Positions 28,680-42,784 of a stretch of DNA of 64,000 nucleotides are shown here, piece by piece (the stretch's first letter is position 1; every line of letters starts with the position of its first letter). The translations under genes and the position numbers were made by a program. The notes under the pieces were generated by a model. The model was not told the origin of the DNA and made no database searches. It saw nothing but the letters and a program-made list of their open reading frames with translations. Where the stretch lies: assembly GCA_964016885.1 (NCBI GenBank), contig OZ024741.1, forward strand, positions 322,772,001-322,836,000, given 5' to 3'. The DNA comes from Eledone cirrhosa (lineage: Eukaryota).

Positions 28680-30516
28680 CTATTTTGGTGTTGAAAGTGA
28701 AGAAAGAAAAGCACTTACCTCTCCGGGTTGCGTAATTTCCATGGCATCAGGTGTGTTGGGTGGAGGGATGTTTTGTGGTGGTGTGGGGGTACCCGTGTGT
28801 GGTGGGGTTGGGGTATTTGGAGTTGTGTCAGGGAGAGGGGCGGTTATGGGGAAATCTTTCAAGAGGACGCGATTCAACGGTTTTAAACAGGGGGGGCTCA
28901 CGTCCCGTCTAAATTGTTCTTTTAAGGAACGATAAAGGTCCAGAGGGACCTTTATCATTTTTAAATGGGTGAGGTTCTCTGTTGAGATAAAGTTTGGCCC
29001 TTCGGTCTGCACCATAGGGTTATTGTTTATTAATTTAACCAGTTTTTTGTTTTCTTTATTTATATATGTGTATTGCAACGTCTTTTTTTGTGATGCTGTC
29101 AATGTTTCGGAGAGGGGAGGCGCAGATTTATTTTTGTTTGTTGAGGGTGGGGTGTTTTTGATTGGAGTTGGTGTTTGTGTGTGGGTTATTTGTGGTGTGC
29201 TGGGTGTGTGTTTTCTTTTTTTTCTTTTAACTTGTCTGAAGGCTTCTCCTCCTTCTTCTTCAGAAGTTGGGGGAAACTCTTCAGCGCTAGGTGGGAGGGA
29301 CGTGTTGTGTGGTTGTTTTTTTTTTGCGGGAGGGGTAGATTTGTTACTGTTTTTTTTATTATTTGTTTGGAATGGGTTTTGTGGTGGTGGTGGTAATGTT
29401 TGTGTCGTGCTTGTGGTTGGTGATGGTGGTGGTGATGTTTGTGTTGTGGTTGGTGGTGGTGATTTTTGTGTCGTGCTTGTGTTTGGTGCTGGTGGTGGTG
29501 ATGTTTGTGTTGTGTTTGTGGTTGGTGGTGTCTGTATTTTGTTTGCTGTGTGTGGTATTAGTGTATTTTTGGAGGTGGGTGGTGTTGGTGTACTGTTTGT
29601 GGTGGGTGTGGGCAATAGTCCTTTTTGGGGGATACGTTTCTGGCAGTTAGCCTTAACGTGTCCCCTTTCCATGCATAAATAGCATGCTGGTCTTCTCCCC
29701 TCTACAATTATGTCTATTGGGGTAAGGTCATCCAGCCAGATGCGATCCGGGATTTGTGCTATTCTTTCGGGCCTCATTTGGACTAGTATGTCGAGGCCCA
29801 TTCCCAGGAACGCATCTCCAGTTGCCTTCCCCATTGACAGCATTGTGTCTTCGCCCATATCAATGAAGCCAGCAATAGCCCACCAGAAGTCCATTGTGGG
29901 CAGCATTGTTTTTACTTTTACTCTCTGTGTTCTTCTACCCATGTAGGAGGGATAGAAGCTATATGTTGTCGACGAGAGTGGGCTTAGGGAAAGCTTCTCC
30001 GCCGTTTCTTTGTCTCTTGTTAGGACCGAAATGCTGCCATAGAGTCGATCCTTTCGTATGAAGAGAATATTCTTCATATAGTCTTTTAGGACTAACTCTA
30101 TTTCCATTTGGCTGGGCTGTGCTGGCTTTCTTGTCTGGTTCAGTATAGTTCTGTAGAGAACTGTGTTTTCTGCTCTGGCTTTCTTGAATTCTGGGGGGGG
30201 GGGAGTTAATGGAAAACATTCCGTTCTCCCCCAAAACAATGTGTTTCTTTGCTTCGGCCAGTTTTTCTCTGGCGGCAGTTAGGTCAATTGGTGTGTATGT
30301 AATGGATTGTTTTGTTTTCTGGGCGAAAGTTGCCCTGTCGTTATTTGTATTATTTTCTGTTTGTTTGTTTTCTGTTTGCTCATTTTCCTTAACATTTGTT
30401 TTTTCATTTTGTTTGTTTGTTTCAATGTCTAATTTTGTTGTAATTATTTTTTGTTCTTCAGACTTGGGGGGCGTGGCAGAGCTAATGGCAGACATGTCTG
30501 CCATCTTTTCCGCCAT
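28680..30516 (-). CDS. Tx1 ORF1: nucleic-acid-binding protein with one CCHC knuckle and a Pro/Thr-rich tail (one frameshift near 30230)
   Basis: CYLCMERGHVKANC (Cx2Cx4Hx4C); ATG at 30516; position upstream of ORF2. Confidence 0.88.
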
Positions 30517-31139
30517 GCTGCCAAGAAAGAAATTTTTCGGCAAAAATAGATATTTATTTTACCCCCTAAAAAGGGGGTAAATGCAAAAATGTTTCCCTAA
30601 ATAACAGGGGTTAGTGTTCCAAATGTGTTGCACTAAAAAATTTATCCGGTACTTACAATAGTAAGGGTAAATCCCGTTGGAATAGCGGAGCCGATGTGAA
30701 GCGTGTCTTACTCTATCAAGATAGATAGATAGATAGATAGGCAAGTAAGTATGTAGGTAGGTAGCTAGGTAAGCAGGTTTAGGGTGGCTGGATGGAAGGA
30801 CTGATGAAATGACGGATGAACGGGGAGATAGATAGATAGATAGATAGAGATTGATAGAGAGAGAGTGAAAGAAAAAGAAAGAGTGTGAAGTAGAAAATGT
30901 TTCCATTTTGTTGTTTTTTAGTTGTCGATGTAAATGTTCCCTGCAAGTTTAATGAACTGAATTATGAAAATCGATGAATAACGTCCACCTATCCAGAGCC
31001 ATAAACTCTTTATCGAGTTGTAGGGATGCCGTCGTGTTACATGAGGTTTTTTGGACATTTCAGTTTGGTGGAGTTCATCCTTCTCTAGGTTTGAGCCCAG
31101 CCGATTTTGCCCAGCGAGAGGGAGACTAAGTGCGAGTGA

Positions 31140-31405
<266 letters not shown>

Positions 31406-32106
31406 GAAAGAATCAACTCCAGTACTAGACTGGTACTTTATTTATCTACTTCAAATGGTTGAAAGGTAAAGTAGACTTCGGCGAGATTTGACTCCAGAGC
31501 GCAGAGTGCTGAAACAAATACCACCAAGCATTCTATTCAACATTCCAACGGCTTCCACTTTGCAGCCTTTTAAAGAGCAACATACCTTATAGAATATATA
31601 CACAAATACAACTCCCGAATTACAATCGATCGAAGTCTAATCAGTTGAAATATAACAGTCACAGAGTTAGACACAAGCTAGATGTTAAATCAACTAGAAA
31701 CAGAATGGTCAAATGGTTAAGAGGTTCGCTTGGCCCTGGCTTCTACACCACTGCGTGAAATCTCGAGCAAGTGTCATTTTTCATATTCTCATGTCAATCT
31801 ATGCCTGGTGAGTGTAACTGGGTGATTGGAAACTACTTGGAAGTCGTATAGACTGTACTTGGTATTCGAAGAGCCAGTCTTGTGATACACTGTCATGCTG
31901 AATCTTCTCGAGAGTTACGTGGAAGATACTGGTGTCTATGGAATGCTCAGCCACTTACACATTCATTTCTCGAATAGGCTGTTCTGTTGATTGAACAACT
32001 GGAACAGGGATCGTCGAAACCGACGATGTTCCGTTCCATTCCACTTTAATAAAATTTGCGGCAACACAAATCCTGAAGTCCATTTTTTCAAGTACACACA
32101 CACAGA

Positions 32107-32191
<85 letters not shown>

Positions 32192-32426
32192 CTTTTTCTT
32201 TCTTTCTTACATACAAACACACACTCTCTCTCTCTCTCTCTCTCTCACTCTCTCTCTCTCTTTCCTTTTTCTTTCTTTCTTTGGTACACAAACACACGCA
32301 CACACACACTGAAATACACACACAAACAAATACTTCCGCACCCACATACATCCTGAGTACTAGTCAATGTTTAGAAACAAGCAACTCTGATTTAGCAGGA
32401 TTAAACTAAAAATCGGTCAAATCTCA

Positions 32427-33165
32427 GCCCCTTTGTTTTAAATGTTCAGATATAGTTTATCTCTGACTACATTATCTTATGTATCGGTTCTTATTAAAGA
32501 CAATATGAAGTGATTTGAGAAAGATCTGAAATTCCAATCCTTTGCATAAGTACGTCCGTCATTCTGAAATAAAATCATTAAGCGGATGTACATCACTCCA
32601 AGACATTCGGTATCCGGTAGTACAACACACTGAAATACAGTTATTATCTGGATCTATATCAACATGAGGTCGTTATCCGCGAGTTTATCAACCTGAGTTA
32701 TAACGCATTTCCACAAACATTCCTTAATAATGATTTCCAAATTAGGAACAAGACCAGCAATTTGAGTTCATGGGAAAATCGATTTCATCGACCCTTATAA
32801 TCTGAGAAGTGCCAGATTTACCATTATGTTTAGGTGTGCTTAAACACAGGGCCTCGTTTGCCAGGGGGCCATCTTCCTGTCCCCAAAAATGTTTACTTCC
32901 TTCAGGGCTCAAGTAAGGGGCCTCATAACAGCACAGGGCCCCATTTATCCTAAATCCGGCGCTGAATCTGACTGATAATTTAGTTTATCCCTCAGAATAA
33001 TGAGAACCAAAGTTGACTTCGGCAGGAATATCGCCCCTTTGTTTTAAATTTTCAGATACAGTTTACCTATAACTACATTATCTTATGTATCGGTTCTTAT
33101 TAAAGACAATATGAAGTGATTTGAGAAAGATTTGAAATTGAAATACTTTGCATAAGTACGTCCGA
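32427..33165. repeat. ~130-bp direct duplication (32427-32557 and 33033-33164)
   Basis: gcccctttgttttaaat..ttcagata...gcataagtacgtccg is present twice. Confidence 0.85.
32807..32964. mobile_element. hAT-type MITE inserted in a SINE
   Basis: TIR aagtgccagattta / taaatccggcgctg; 8-bp TSD aatctgag/aatctgac. Confidence 0.7.
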
Positions 33166-33777
33166 CTCACTAACAAATACAACTCAGTAACAAATCTACC
33201 AAATGAATCTTCTCTGGAATTCCTCAATATTGAAACGAATTGAACCATAGAGCATTACAGAAATTTTACAGCAATGTGAACAAGGTAGCTACTGTTATAA
33301 TGAGGCATACGGGCATTTTTTGAAAGGATAACTTTTATATTACGTAACTGACGCGTGACTTTACACCAGCTTGTAAAGTCCAAATACTCTTCAGTTTTAT
33401 AAGCGAAAGTGATAAATGCTAGAGGAACGGTGTGTATGGTTGTTGCTTTCTGTTTTGAGGGGCGTTAAACGACGAAAATAACTGAGGTGGAAAAATATTT
33501 CTTCAAGAGAAATAATAAAACAGTTGACAAAAGCTTATATTATATTTATAAATGGAGGGATGGATGAATGAATGGGTAGATAGGTGGGGGGTGGGGGTAG
33601 ATTGATGGACGGATGGATGGATGGTTGGATGGATGGCTGGATGGGTAGATGTGGGGATGGATGGATAAATGGATTGAGTGATGGATAGATGTATGGATTG
33701 TTTGATGGATGAAATATATTAGTTTAACGCTTGAAATAGCAGGAAGAGAGTCTTAACGTTTCGGGCACTATAAATAG

Positions 33778-34655
<878 letters not shown>

Positions 34656-35194
34656 GCAAGTTTGAAGAATTATTAGATAAAATATACCCACTTTTTCCTC
34701 ACCCAAGTACGTCGAAATTAACCAGATAAATAATCATTTAAACGAGGCTATAAGTTTAAAATATAACTATGAAGAAATAATAGACAAATGATACAGACTA
34801 TTTTCCGCGAGGAACAGTCGGATAAAATTTATCTAGTCATTCCTTTTACCCCTTAGAAATTAACTAGACAAATAATCAATTAAACGGATCTAAGTCTAAA
34901 ATATAAGTTAGAAGAGAAAATGCATATAAACTTTACCAAAATTCCTCTAGTCCCGACTATCGATAGTTTCGCTCGTACTTTGTGAATGGTGGCTAGTCGG
35001 CAGGTAGGCTGGCTGCTAGAAAGCGCAGCCAGATACTGCCTAAAGTTTTACTCTACCGTACGGGAGTGTATATTAAATTCATAGGGATATATGTATATAT
35101 TTAGACATATATTTAGACATAGTCACAGGTACATATATGAGTGTGGCGACCTTTCACACATATATATATATGTGTGAAAGTTGGCCATATATAT

Positions 35195-35420
35195 ATATGA
35201 AAGAAAAATGGCGTGCTGTGTTGTTGCAAATGTGATATACAAATTAAAATAAAGAATTAGAAATAGAACTATCCATCATCAGAGGTCTACTAGCCATCAT
35301 AGGTATTTCTTCGCATTAAAGACCAGATACCTCAGGCTAGCGCGGACAATAACTAAAATAAGTTATTGGGATAAAAAGAATTGGGTGGAGAAAGAGAGAC
35401 AGGTAAACAAACATGAAGGT
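35195..35420 (-). mobile_element. Repeat family shared with the 44280-44672 fold-back element
   Basis: Shared ggtatttcttcgcattaaagac, ataacta..taagttat and gcaacaac.cagcacgccattttt blocks. Confidence 0.7.
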
Positions 35421-36037
35421 AGGCAACGTAAAGAGAGGAAAACATGAGAAAATCAAGTCAATGATTCATTTGAACATAAGAATTTGCGAATATTGACGAG
35501 AAGACGAGAGACACATCCCAACCATGCGAAAGTAAGCGAGGAAAGAATTAGACACGGTGTGGGACGATGGAGGAAGTGGGAGAGAGGGTGAGTAGCAGAG
35601 AGTGAGTGAGTGAAAGTGTGAGGAAGAGGCTAGCCGAGAGAGGGTGACTAGTAGAGGGGGTGAATGAAAGTAAGGGGGAGAAGGAGAGAGAAGGGGGAGA
35701 GAGAAAGAGGATAGCAGTAAGGGAAGAGAAAAGGACAGGTCACAGCGAAGGGGAAATCATATAGGAATGAAAATATATATATATATATATATATACATAT
35801 ATATATAGATGTGTGTATGTGTGTGTGTGAGAGAGAGAGAGTGTGTCACGGTGGTTGTTGGATGCTCAGTCATGAGCACGTTAATTTCACCAACAGGCTG
35901 CTGCGTAGTTTGATCAATTGGAACACTCATCGACGGCAAACCAACACATACACACACAAACACACTCACACACACATATAATGTGTGTGTGTATGTATGT
36001 ATATTCATTTTTGATAATTGTACACGTATTTGTACAT

Positions 36038-36214
<177 letters not shown>

Positions 36215-36244
36215 TATATATATATATGTACAGCTACACATACA

Positions 36245-36369
<125 letters not shown>

Positions 36370-36484
36370 CTTATGCATAAGAGTTAACTGATATGATTAG
36401 ACATTGAATATTTTACTTTATTTAATCACTCATAATTAAAAATATATAAATGAATAGAAAAGTAACTTTCATCTTATGTAAGTT

Positions 36485-36700
36485 TAAGTTTAAGAATGAA
36501 ACTTTTAATTAACCTAATGCAATTATGGAGAATATTAATAATTGTTTCTACTTTAGGCACAAGGTCAGCAAATTACCCAGTGCATTACTGGTACTTTATG
36601 CACTGGGTAATTGCTGGCCTTGTGCCTAAAGTATAAACAATTATTAATATTCTCCATAATTGCATTAGGTTAATTAAAAGTTTCATTCTTAAACTTGGAG
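36485..36700. repeat. Fold-back made of a SINE 3' end plus flanking DNA
   Basis: ~100-bp near-perfect inverted arms around ttactggtactt. Confidence 0.9.
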
Positions 36701-36889
36701 AATATTAATAATACATGAAAAATAAACATTAGTTGAAAAAAAAACAAAACATTTAACGTATATAAATTTTCTTCTTCAACAAAATGGTATGTGTGCCTCA
36801 ACTTTTCTGATATCAAACACCCTGAAATCATCCTTGACTCTATGATGCAAAACTATATTGTAAAGCATTTATATTTACCTAGACACCTT

Positions 36890-37850
36890 AGGGCAGTGAA
36901 TTAGAAGTATCGTCAGAGCGTAGAACAAAATGCGTTGCGGAATTTAGTTACAACTTAATACGTTCTGAGTTCAAATTCCACCGAGATCAGCTTTGTTTTT
37001 TATCCTACCAAGTTCTATAAAATAAAGTACCAGTCAAGACTGGCTTTATAGCCACATTAGAAATCATTTGCGTTGGTGGATATATAAAATCGTTAGAACA
37101 ATGGATAAAAGGCTTTGCCGCATTTGTTCCGGCTCTATACAATCTGAGTTAAAATCCAGCCGCGTTCAATGTTGCTTTTCATCCTTCCGGGGTCGATGAA
37201 ATAAAATACCAGTCCAATACTGGGTCGGCATAATCGATTTTCCACTCCCAACAAATTGCAGGCCTTGTGTCTGAATTAGAAATCATTTATCTAGAAACCT
37301 AATATCATAAGTTTATGCAAGAATCTTTGTTCTTACATAAAATTATGATGTTAATTCCTAATTAACACGCTTTGATACCAAACCACGTTAATTCCTAATT
37401 AACACGCTTTGATACCAAACCACGTTAATTCCTAATTAACACGCTTTGATACCAAACCACTGGCAGAATCGACCAGCAATTCCCAGTACATTACTGGTAC
37501 TTTATTTTATCGACCCCGTAAGGATGAAAGGCAAAGTTAACCTCGGCGGGATTTGAACTCAGACCGTAAAGGGACGTAACTCTATGCTTCAAAGCATGGT
37601 GTCCGACTCTCTACCGATACTGCCAATCCATCGAGGAGTATATTAATAAGGATTTCTTATATAAGCACAAGGTCAGCAATTTTGGGGAGGGGAAAGTCGA
37701 TTAAATCGACCCCAGTCCGTGACTGGTACTTTATTTAATCGACACCATAAGGAAGAAAGGCAAAGTTAACCTCGGCGGGATTTGAACTCAGATCATAGAG
37801 GGGCCGTAACTCTATGCCGCAAAGCATGGCGTCCGACCCTTATTAATAAT
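36890..37850. mobile_element. Cluster of four family-A tRNA-derived SINE copies (two plus, two minus)
   Basis: B-box-like GAGTTCAAAT(T/C)C, shared cggggtcgat..aataaagtaccagt core and ggccttgtgcc..agaaa tail. Confidence 0.75.
37350..37460. repeat. Perfect 37-bp tandem repeat x3
   Basis: gttaattcctaattaacacgctttgataccaaaccac at 37350, 37387 and 37424. Confidence 0.97.
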
Positions 37851-38439
37851 ACGATCATATAATAGAATTAGACTTTGGGGTTCCACCAAAAGTTTCTGAA
37901 CCAAAAAGGGTTCCGCGTTTGAAAAAGTTTGGGAAACCCTGTCTTGGACAGTATTATTTATTTTGTTTTCTTGTTTCTTTCTTTTAAGTTTATTCATTTA
38001 TTTATTTATTTATTTATTTATTTTCTATTTTGCTTTTGATGAAGCCCTTGATTATGCATGTCTTATGCTTCGGATAGTTGTTATGCTGGCAAATACATAA
38101 ACAGCCCAAACAATACTTGGCATATTGAAACATAGTCTTCTCTATGAATTCTAGACAGGATAGATTCCTCGTTGATCTGGTGTACAGAGCTGATCCCCTT
38201 TTCTGTCATGCAGAGCCGAACTATAATATTACATTCACCATTCTTAACATGAATTCTAGGCGAAATTCTTTTCTACATCGTGAAATGTCCACTCGGTTGT
38301 CACAACCGAGCAAATTAACATGCCATCACCATATTATTTTTTACCAGTCTGACTATATTCAATTCTTATGCTCTTGACGGAACTAAATGCTGTCACATCA
38401 GTTTTTCAGAGAAATGTACGGAATTTTTGGTGTGTCACT

Positions 38440-38810
38440 GGTTCAATTGATTTGAGTCATTTTTATAGTAGTAACGCAATTCTGGATCATGTTAATAAGA
38501 TGCTGGCATGTTAATATTACGAATAAAAAGGTCATGGAAAGAGCTGGATTGAGTATTCTACATAATACCATAACTGTTGGGCGATGGAAGATGTTTGATG
38601 ATGTGCTACGCATGCCCACGAAGAAACTAGTAAGCTCTGCACACGAGAGAAACCAGAGGTTAGCAGGCGGAGAAGATAAGGCAGGTCTGTCAAGACATGA
38701 TTGAGGTATGTGGAGAAAGGTCTGGTGGATCTGGGACATGGACCAGGTCTGGAAGCAGATCCGTGGCAAGGCATGCGACTGTGTGAACAGATCTCTCGTC
38801 ACACGATGCT
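38440..38810 (+). pseudogene. Decayed LINE (RTE-like) 3' fragment
   Basis: W..ITNKKVMERAGL motif typical of RTE-type ORF C-termini. Confidence 0.45.
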
Positions 38811-39429
38811 CCATATAGAGCAAAGGGAACTTAATAAAAAGAAAATGGATGCGAATCTGTATATGCTATTTCTGTTAAACGTCGTTTTAAATGTCAACAG
38901 CGGTCATGTTTCTGTTCTACATCGACAAGCAGTCCGTCTTTAAAGTAGTTTTTCACGGTTGCTCTGATCACAAAATCTGCTCAGTGTAGCGAGCAGCAAT
39001 TACTGGCTATCGAACTTCAGCAGCGATGTCTCGAAAAGGCCATTTCAGCGTAGGTAATTGAACAATTCTCGAGCGCGTTTCATTATTCCGTCTACCCAAT
39101 AGATCTTAATATTATATAATGCAATAATTATCAATAGTTTGCCTTGCTTATATAATATTACGTGAAGGCGCTTGGCTTAATGGTTAGGGCGTTCGGCTTA
39201 CGATCGTAAGGTTAAGAGTCCGATTCGTGACGTCACCATTGTGAATTCAAGCAATACATTTCAAGCAATATCACGTTTCTCCAGTCTACTGTGCTCGGCG
39301 GGAAACGAGTTGTAATGTAATTCAAAGGGCCAGTTTTGTCAAACCATGTGTCACACTGAATCTCTCATGTATCTCCATGTTAACTTTACCAATTGGCTGA
39401 AACACTTGTCGAAACCGGCGGAGGTCCAC

Positions 39430-40900
39430 TACATACATATGAAAATTCAAAAACCTTTTACTAACATTTTCTCTACTTCTTTCATATCAGGTGGGTCTTT
39501 TACACCGATCGACTGTTTCCCTAACTCTCTGTAGAATCTCTTAGAATCAATTTCAAATATCTTATTTTGTCTGTAAAATTTGTTTCTTTTTCCATATCTA
39601 CATAAGCGTTGGATCTTAATCTGAACTTTTTGCTTAACCATCTCTTTTGCTCTCAGTACTTCTTTCATGTTTACCAGATTGTACTGTCGTTTTAACTTTC
39701 TAGCCTTTCTTTCCTTTGGAGAGTTCGTTTAAGATCAATAATTCCCCTCAAAAGCTCTCAATCTCCTTAATTATTCGATCTTTCTACCTTGGCTGTGTGC
39801 TTATTGGTTGCCCTTTTCTTTACTTTTTTGCCTATTTTCTTTATGGCAGCAATAGATGTTGAGTATATAAGATGTTTAATGAAGTTAAATCTGTCTCAGA
39901 TTCAAAGAGAGGCTGGTTCGGGGCATAGTCATATATTTTGACCGTACAGATATTTGGTTTGTTGTTCTGAAACTTTGGTAATTGATCTCTCATTAATTTC
40001 TTGATGTTTAGAAATGCCTAACCCTCTCAAGATATCGTTTTTTTGCCTCAAGTATTTTCTCTCTATTGGCTCCAGCAAATGTGTTAGCCATTGCAGCTTC
40101 AGGTTCTTTCCTACCTTCTGTTACTTGAATTTCAGGTTGACCATCTCCTACTTCAGATTCTAAGTTGCCTACATAAACATTATGTTCAGGGGTGTCTCTA
40201 TCAATAGGATGAATAATGATTTCCTGTTCATTATTCCGTGTGTTTGCATCATGTGCATCAGCCCGATTTTCTGAGATGATAGCGTAATTATGTTTTATTG
40301 TCTCTAATTCTGCGGATGTAAGAAGGTTGTTACGCGTGATGTCTCTGTGTACTTTGGATATTTTGTTTGCATCAATATAATCACGGGTGTCATCCTCTAT
40401 GTATTTCTCTCCCGATATTAAAACACAACTCTGTTTTATTACGTCCTGGTTGGTTCAGTGATGTATAGAATGCTGTCGTGACTTGTTCATACTCATCTCT
40501 CGCCCATCTATCTTTAGTGGTTCTTTTGATGTTTGTGTTATTTGGCGTTCGTCTTAAGGTCTCAGGGTTGATTTCTCGGTTCTGAATTCCCTCAAGACCA
40601 TGTTCAGTGGAGTTTGTTCCAGTCACCAACCTTTCAGCCTCGGGCTGGTTCCTCCATGGAGGACGCATCCTTTGCTCACCCGCATGACGGACGATGCAAT
40701 ATAATTTGTTTCTAGTCTGCATTTTTTATGAAGAATACATTTTAACCTTACTTCCATGGAGAGATTTTCGTCACTCCTCTAGATAGATTCAATGCAACAA
40801 GCTTGGAGGGGTCTGTCTACCCTCGATTATCGTAAATCATGTTTTATTTTGATCAATAAAATTGTAGAAGTCTGGTGCAGTGTTAAAATACTACATAGGC
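39430..40900 (-). mobile_element. 5' portion of a decayed R4/Dong-type retrotransposon
   Basis: KIQRLCRYGKRNKFYRQNKIFEIDSKRFYREL and RWARDEYEQV segments resemble the pre-RT region of R4/Dong ORFs. Confidence 0.7.
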
Positions 40901-41393
40901 ACCAGTGTTGTCCAACAGTGTTTCTAATCTGGGTATTCCACGACTGATTTCAATAGGAACTCTAGAAGTATGCTGGTCATTAAATGACAAATGCGTTCCA
41001 CCAATTAAGTCAGTTTGGGGTTTTCAGTTACAACCTTCTTTCTTCGCCCAACCCCGCAGGAAAAAAAAATCACTTTGCGTTGTCAGGCCTTCTTGTTGGT
41101 CATGCCTGTGGACCTCGACAACCCGGCCAACGTCCTGGAAATTGGACTTGAAGCACATAATGTATACCATACAATATACATCACATACAACATACAACAT
41201 CTCCGCTTGGTTTCTGTAAATCCGAAATCGACAAAATCCACTTGCAGGGGTCTGTAAGTTAATGGCTTTTGACGACAGAACAAAGGAATTTACTTCGTCA
41301 ACAAGTTTTTCGTTCTGTTCCTCACGGGTGTGCGTTCTAGCAGATAATTCAAAATATTAATAAATGAAGACGTCCACATAATCAAAATATATG

Positions 41394-41452
41394 TTTTATT
41401 ATATATATTTCGGAGGTACTGTACTTTTTTTTCAGTACGTCCTCATCAGAAT
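41394..41452 (-). ncRNA. Hammerhead copy with intact core but truncated helix I
   Basis: CUGAUGA-GGACGUACUG...CAGUACCUCC-GAAA-UAUAUA-UA; 4 nt of the helix I 5' strand are missing relative to the other arm. Confidence 0.6.
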
Positions 41453-41480
41453 ATATGAATTATGAATTATAATTCATATA

Positions 41481-41542
41481 TTTTATCTGATGAGGACGTA
41501 CTGAAAAAACAGCACTGTACCTCCGAAATATATATAATAAAA
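41481..41542 (+). ncRNA. Minimal type I hammerhead ribozyme
   Basis: UUUUAU/AUAAAA helix I, CUGAUGA at 41487-41493, GGA(C)GUAC/GUAC(C)UCC helix II, GAAA-UAUAUA-UA. Confidence 0.82.
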
Positions 41543-41716
41543 CATATATTTTGATTATGTGAAGTCTTCATTTATTAATATTTTGAATAATATTAATAAC
41601 TCCAGAACACTTCCTTGTAGAGTGCTTTTAATCTATTGTAAAACTATATTCATTGAGTAATCAATGAACCATATTAATCTTTGGTTATATATATATATAT
41701 ATATATATACATGATA

Positions 41717-42200
41717 ATAATTGTTTCTACTTTAGGCACAAGGCCAGCATATACCCAGTGTATTACTGGTACTTTATTTCATCGACCCCGTAAGGATGAA
41801 AAGCAAAGTTAACCTCGGCGGGATTTGAACTCAGATCGTAAAGGGACGTAACTATGCTGGAAAGCACGGCGTCCGACCTTCCACTGATACTGCCAATCCG
41901 CCAATGATAATTGTTTCTACTTTAGGCACAAGGCCAACGATTTGGGGGAAGAAGAAAGTCGATTAAACCAACCCCAGTTCATTACTAGTGCTTTATTTTG
42001 TTGATCCCGTAAGGATGAAATACAAAGCTAACCTCAGCGGGACTTTAACTCAGGCTGCAAAGGCCCGTAACTCTATGCTGCAAAGCATGGTGTCTGGCAC
42101 TGCACGATACTGCCAATCTGATTTAGGCACAAGGTCAACAATTTACGGAGCGGGGAAAGTTGAATAAATCGAACCCAATGAGTTACTGGTGTTTTATTCC
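41717..42200 (-). mobile_element. Tandem family-A SINE copies
   Basis: Repeated aattgtttctactttaggcacaaggcc...gatttgaactcag blocks. Confidence 0.8.
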
Positions 42201-42229
42201 AGAGCAGAAACGAAGTATCAATATAACAT

Positions 42230-42452
42230 CATTATGTTTATTCAGACATGATCGCGAAACGTACGTCATGTCTGAATAAACATAATTGTTTCTACTTTTG
42301 GCACAAGGCCAGCAATTACCCAGTGTATTACTGGTACTTTATTTTATGGGGTCGATAAAATAAAGTACCAGTAATACACTGGGTAATTGCTGGCCTTGTG
42401 CCAAAAGTAGAAGCAATTATGTTTATTCAGACATGACGTACGTTTCGCGATC
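42230..42452. repeat. Nested palindrome: SINE 3' end fold-back flanked by HHR 3' half-sites
   Basis: Arms 42249-42345 and 42356-42452; GAAA-CGUACG-UC-AUGUCUG-AAUAAA in each arm; no CUGANGA found. Confidence 0.85.
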
Positions 42453-42784
42453 GGTCGGTTCAAGATAAGTGCGTCACGTGATAATACTTCGTTGTTACTC
42501 ATTATTACTATTATTATTATTAACATACTTCTTCTTAAAGATACCGATACCAAATTAAAAATACATTAGTAAGGATTTCAGTCTCTTAAATGTGTGGTCT
42601 GTGAAACATTACAACGTCTACATTTAATCCCATCTCATTGTATACATACTGCAGACAAATTACATTGTAAATATTAAAGGAAATAAACTTCGTTTAGGGA
42701 CACAACACTATGGTAAAGGACGTGCGTCTACATGTGAGAACACAGATACCTAAATATGGAATGTCTCCACCACCACCACCACAT

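Larger units (their letters stand above)
25009..30719 (-). mobile_element. Tx1-type non-LTR retrotransposon, full-length copy B (nearly intact)
   Basis: 5' UTR ~200 nt, ORF1, ORF2, 3' UTR ~230 nt ending AATAAATAGAAATT followed by TATC. Confidence 0.95.
41347..41690. mobile_element. Fold-back element with two divergently oriented HHRs; same family as 54051-54395
   Basis: Arms 41347-41460 and 41470-41588; shared tail gagtgctt..aatctattgtaaaact; ends in (TA)n. Confidence 0.85.

Noticed and set aside
28680-28718. GTAAGT...polypyrimidine...TAG as an intron fusing Tx1 ORF1 to ORF2
   Set aside because: Only 39 nt and in frame; removal leads to a TGA two codons later rather than to ORF2
23253-29682. 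237-aa antisense ORFs within Tx1 ORF1
   Set aside because: Shadow of the Pro/Thr-rich, stop-poor opposite strand
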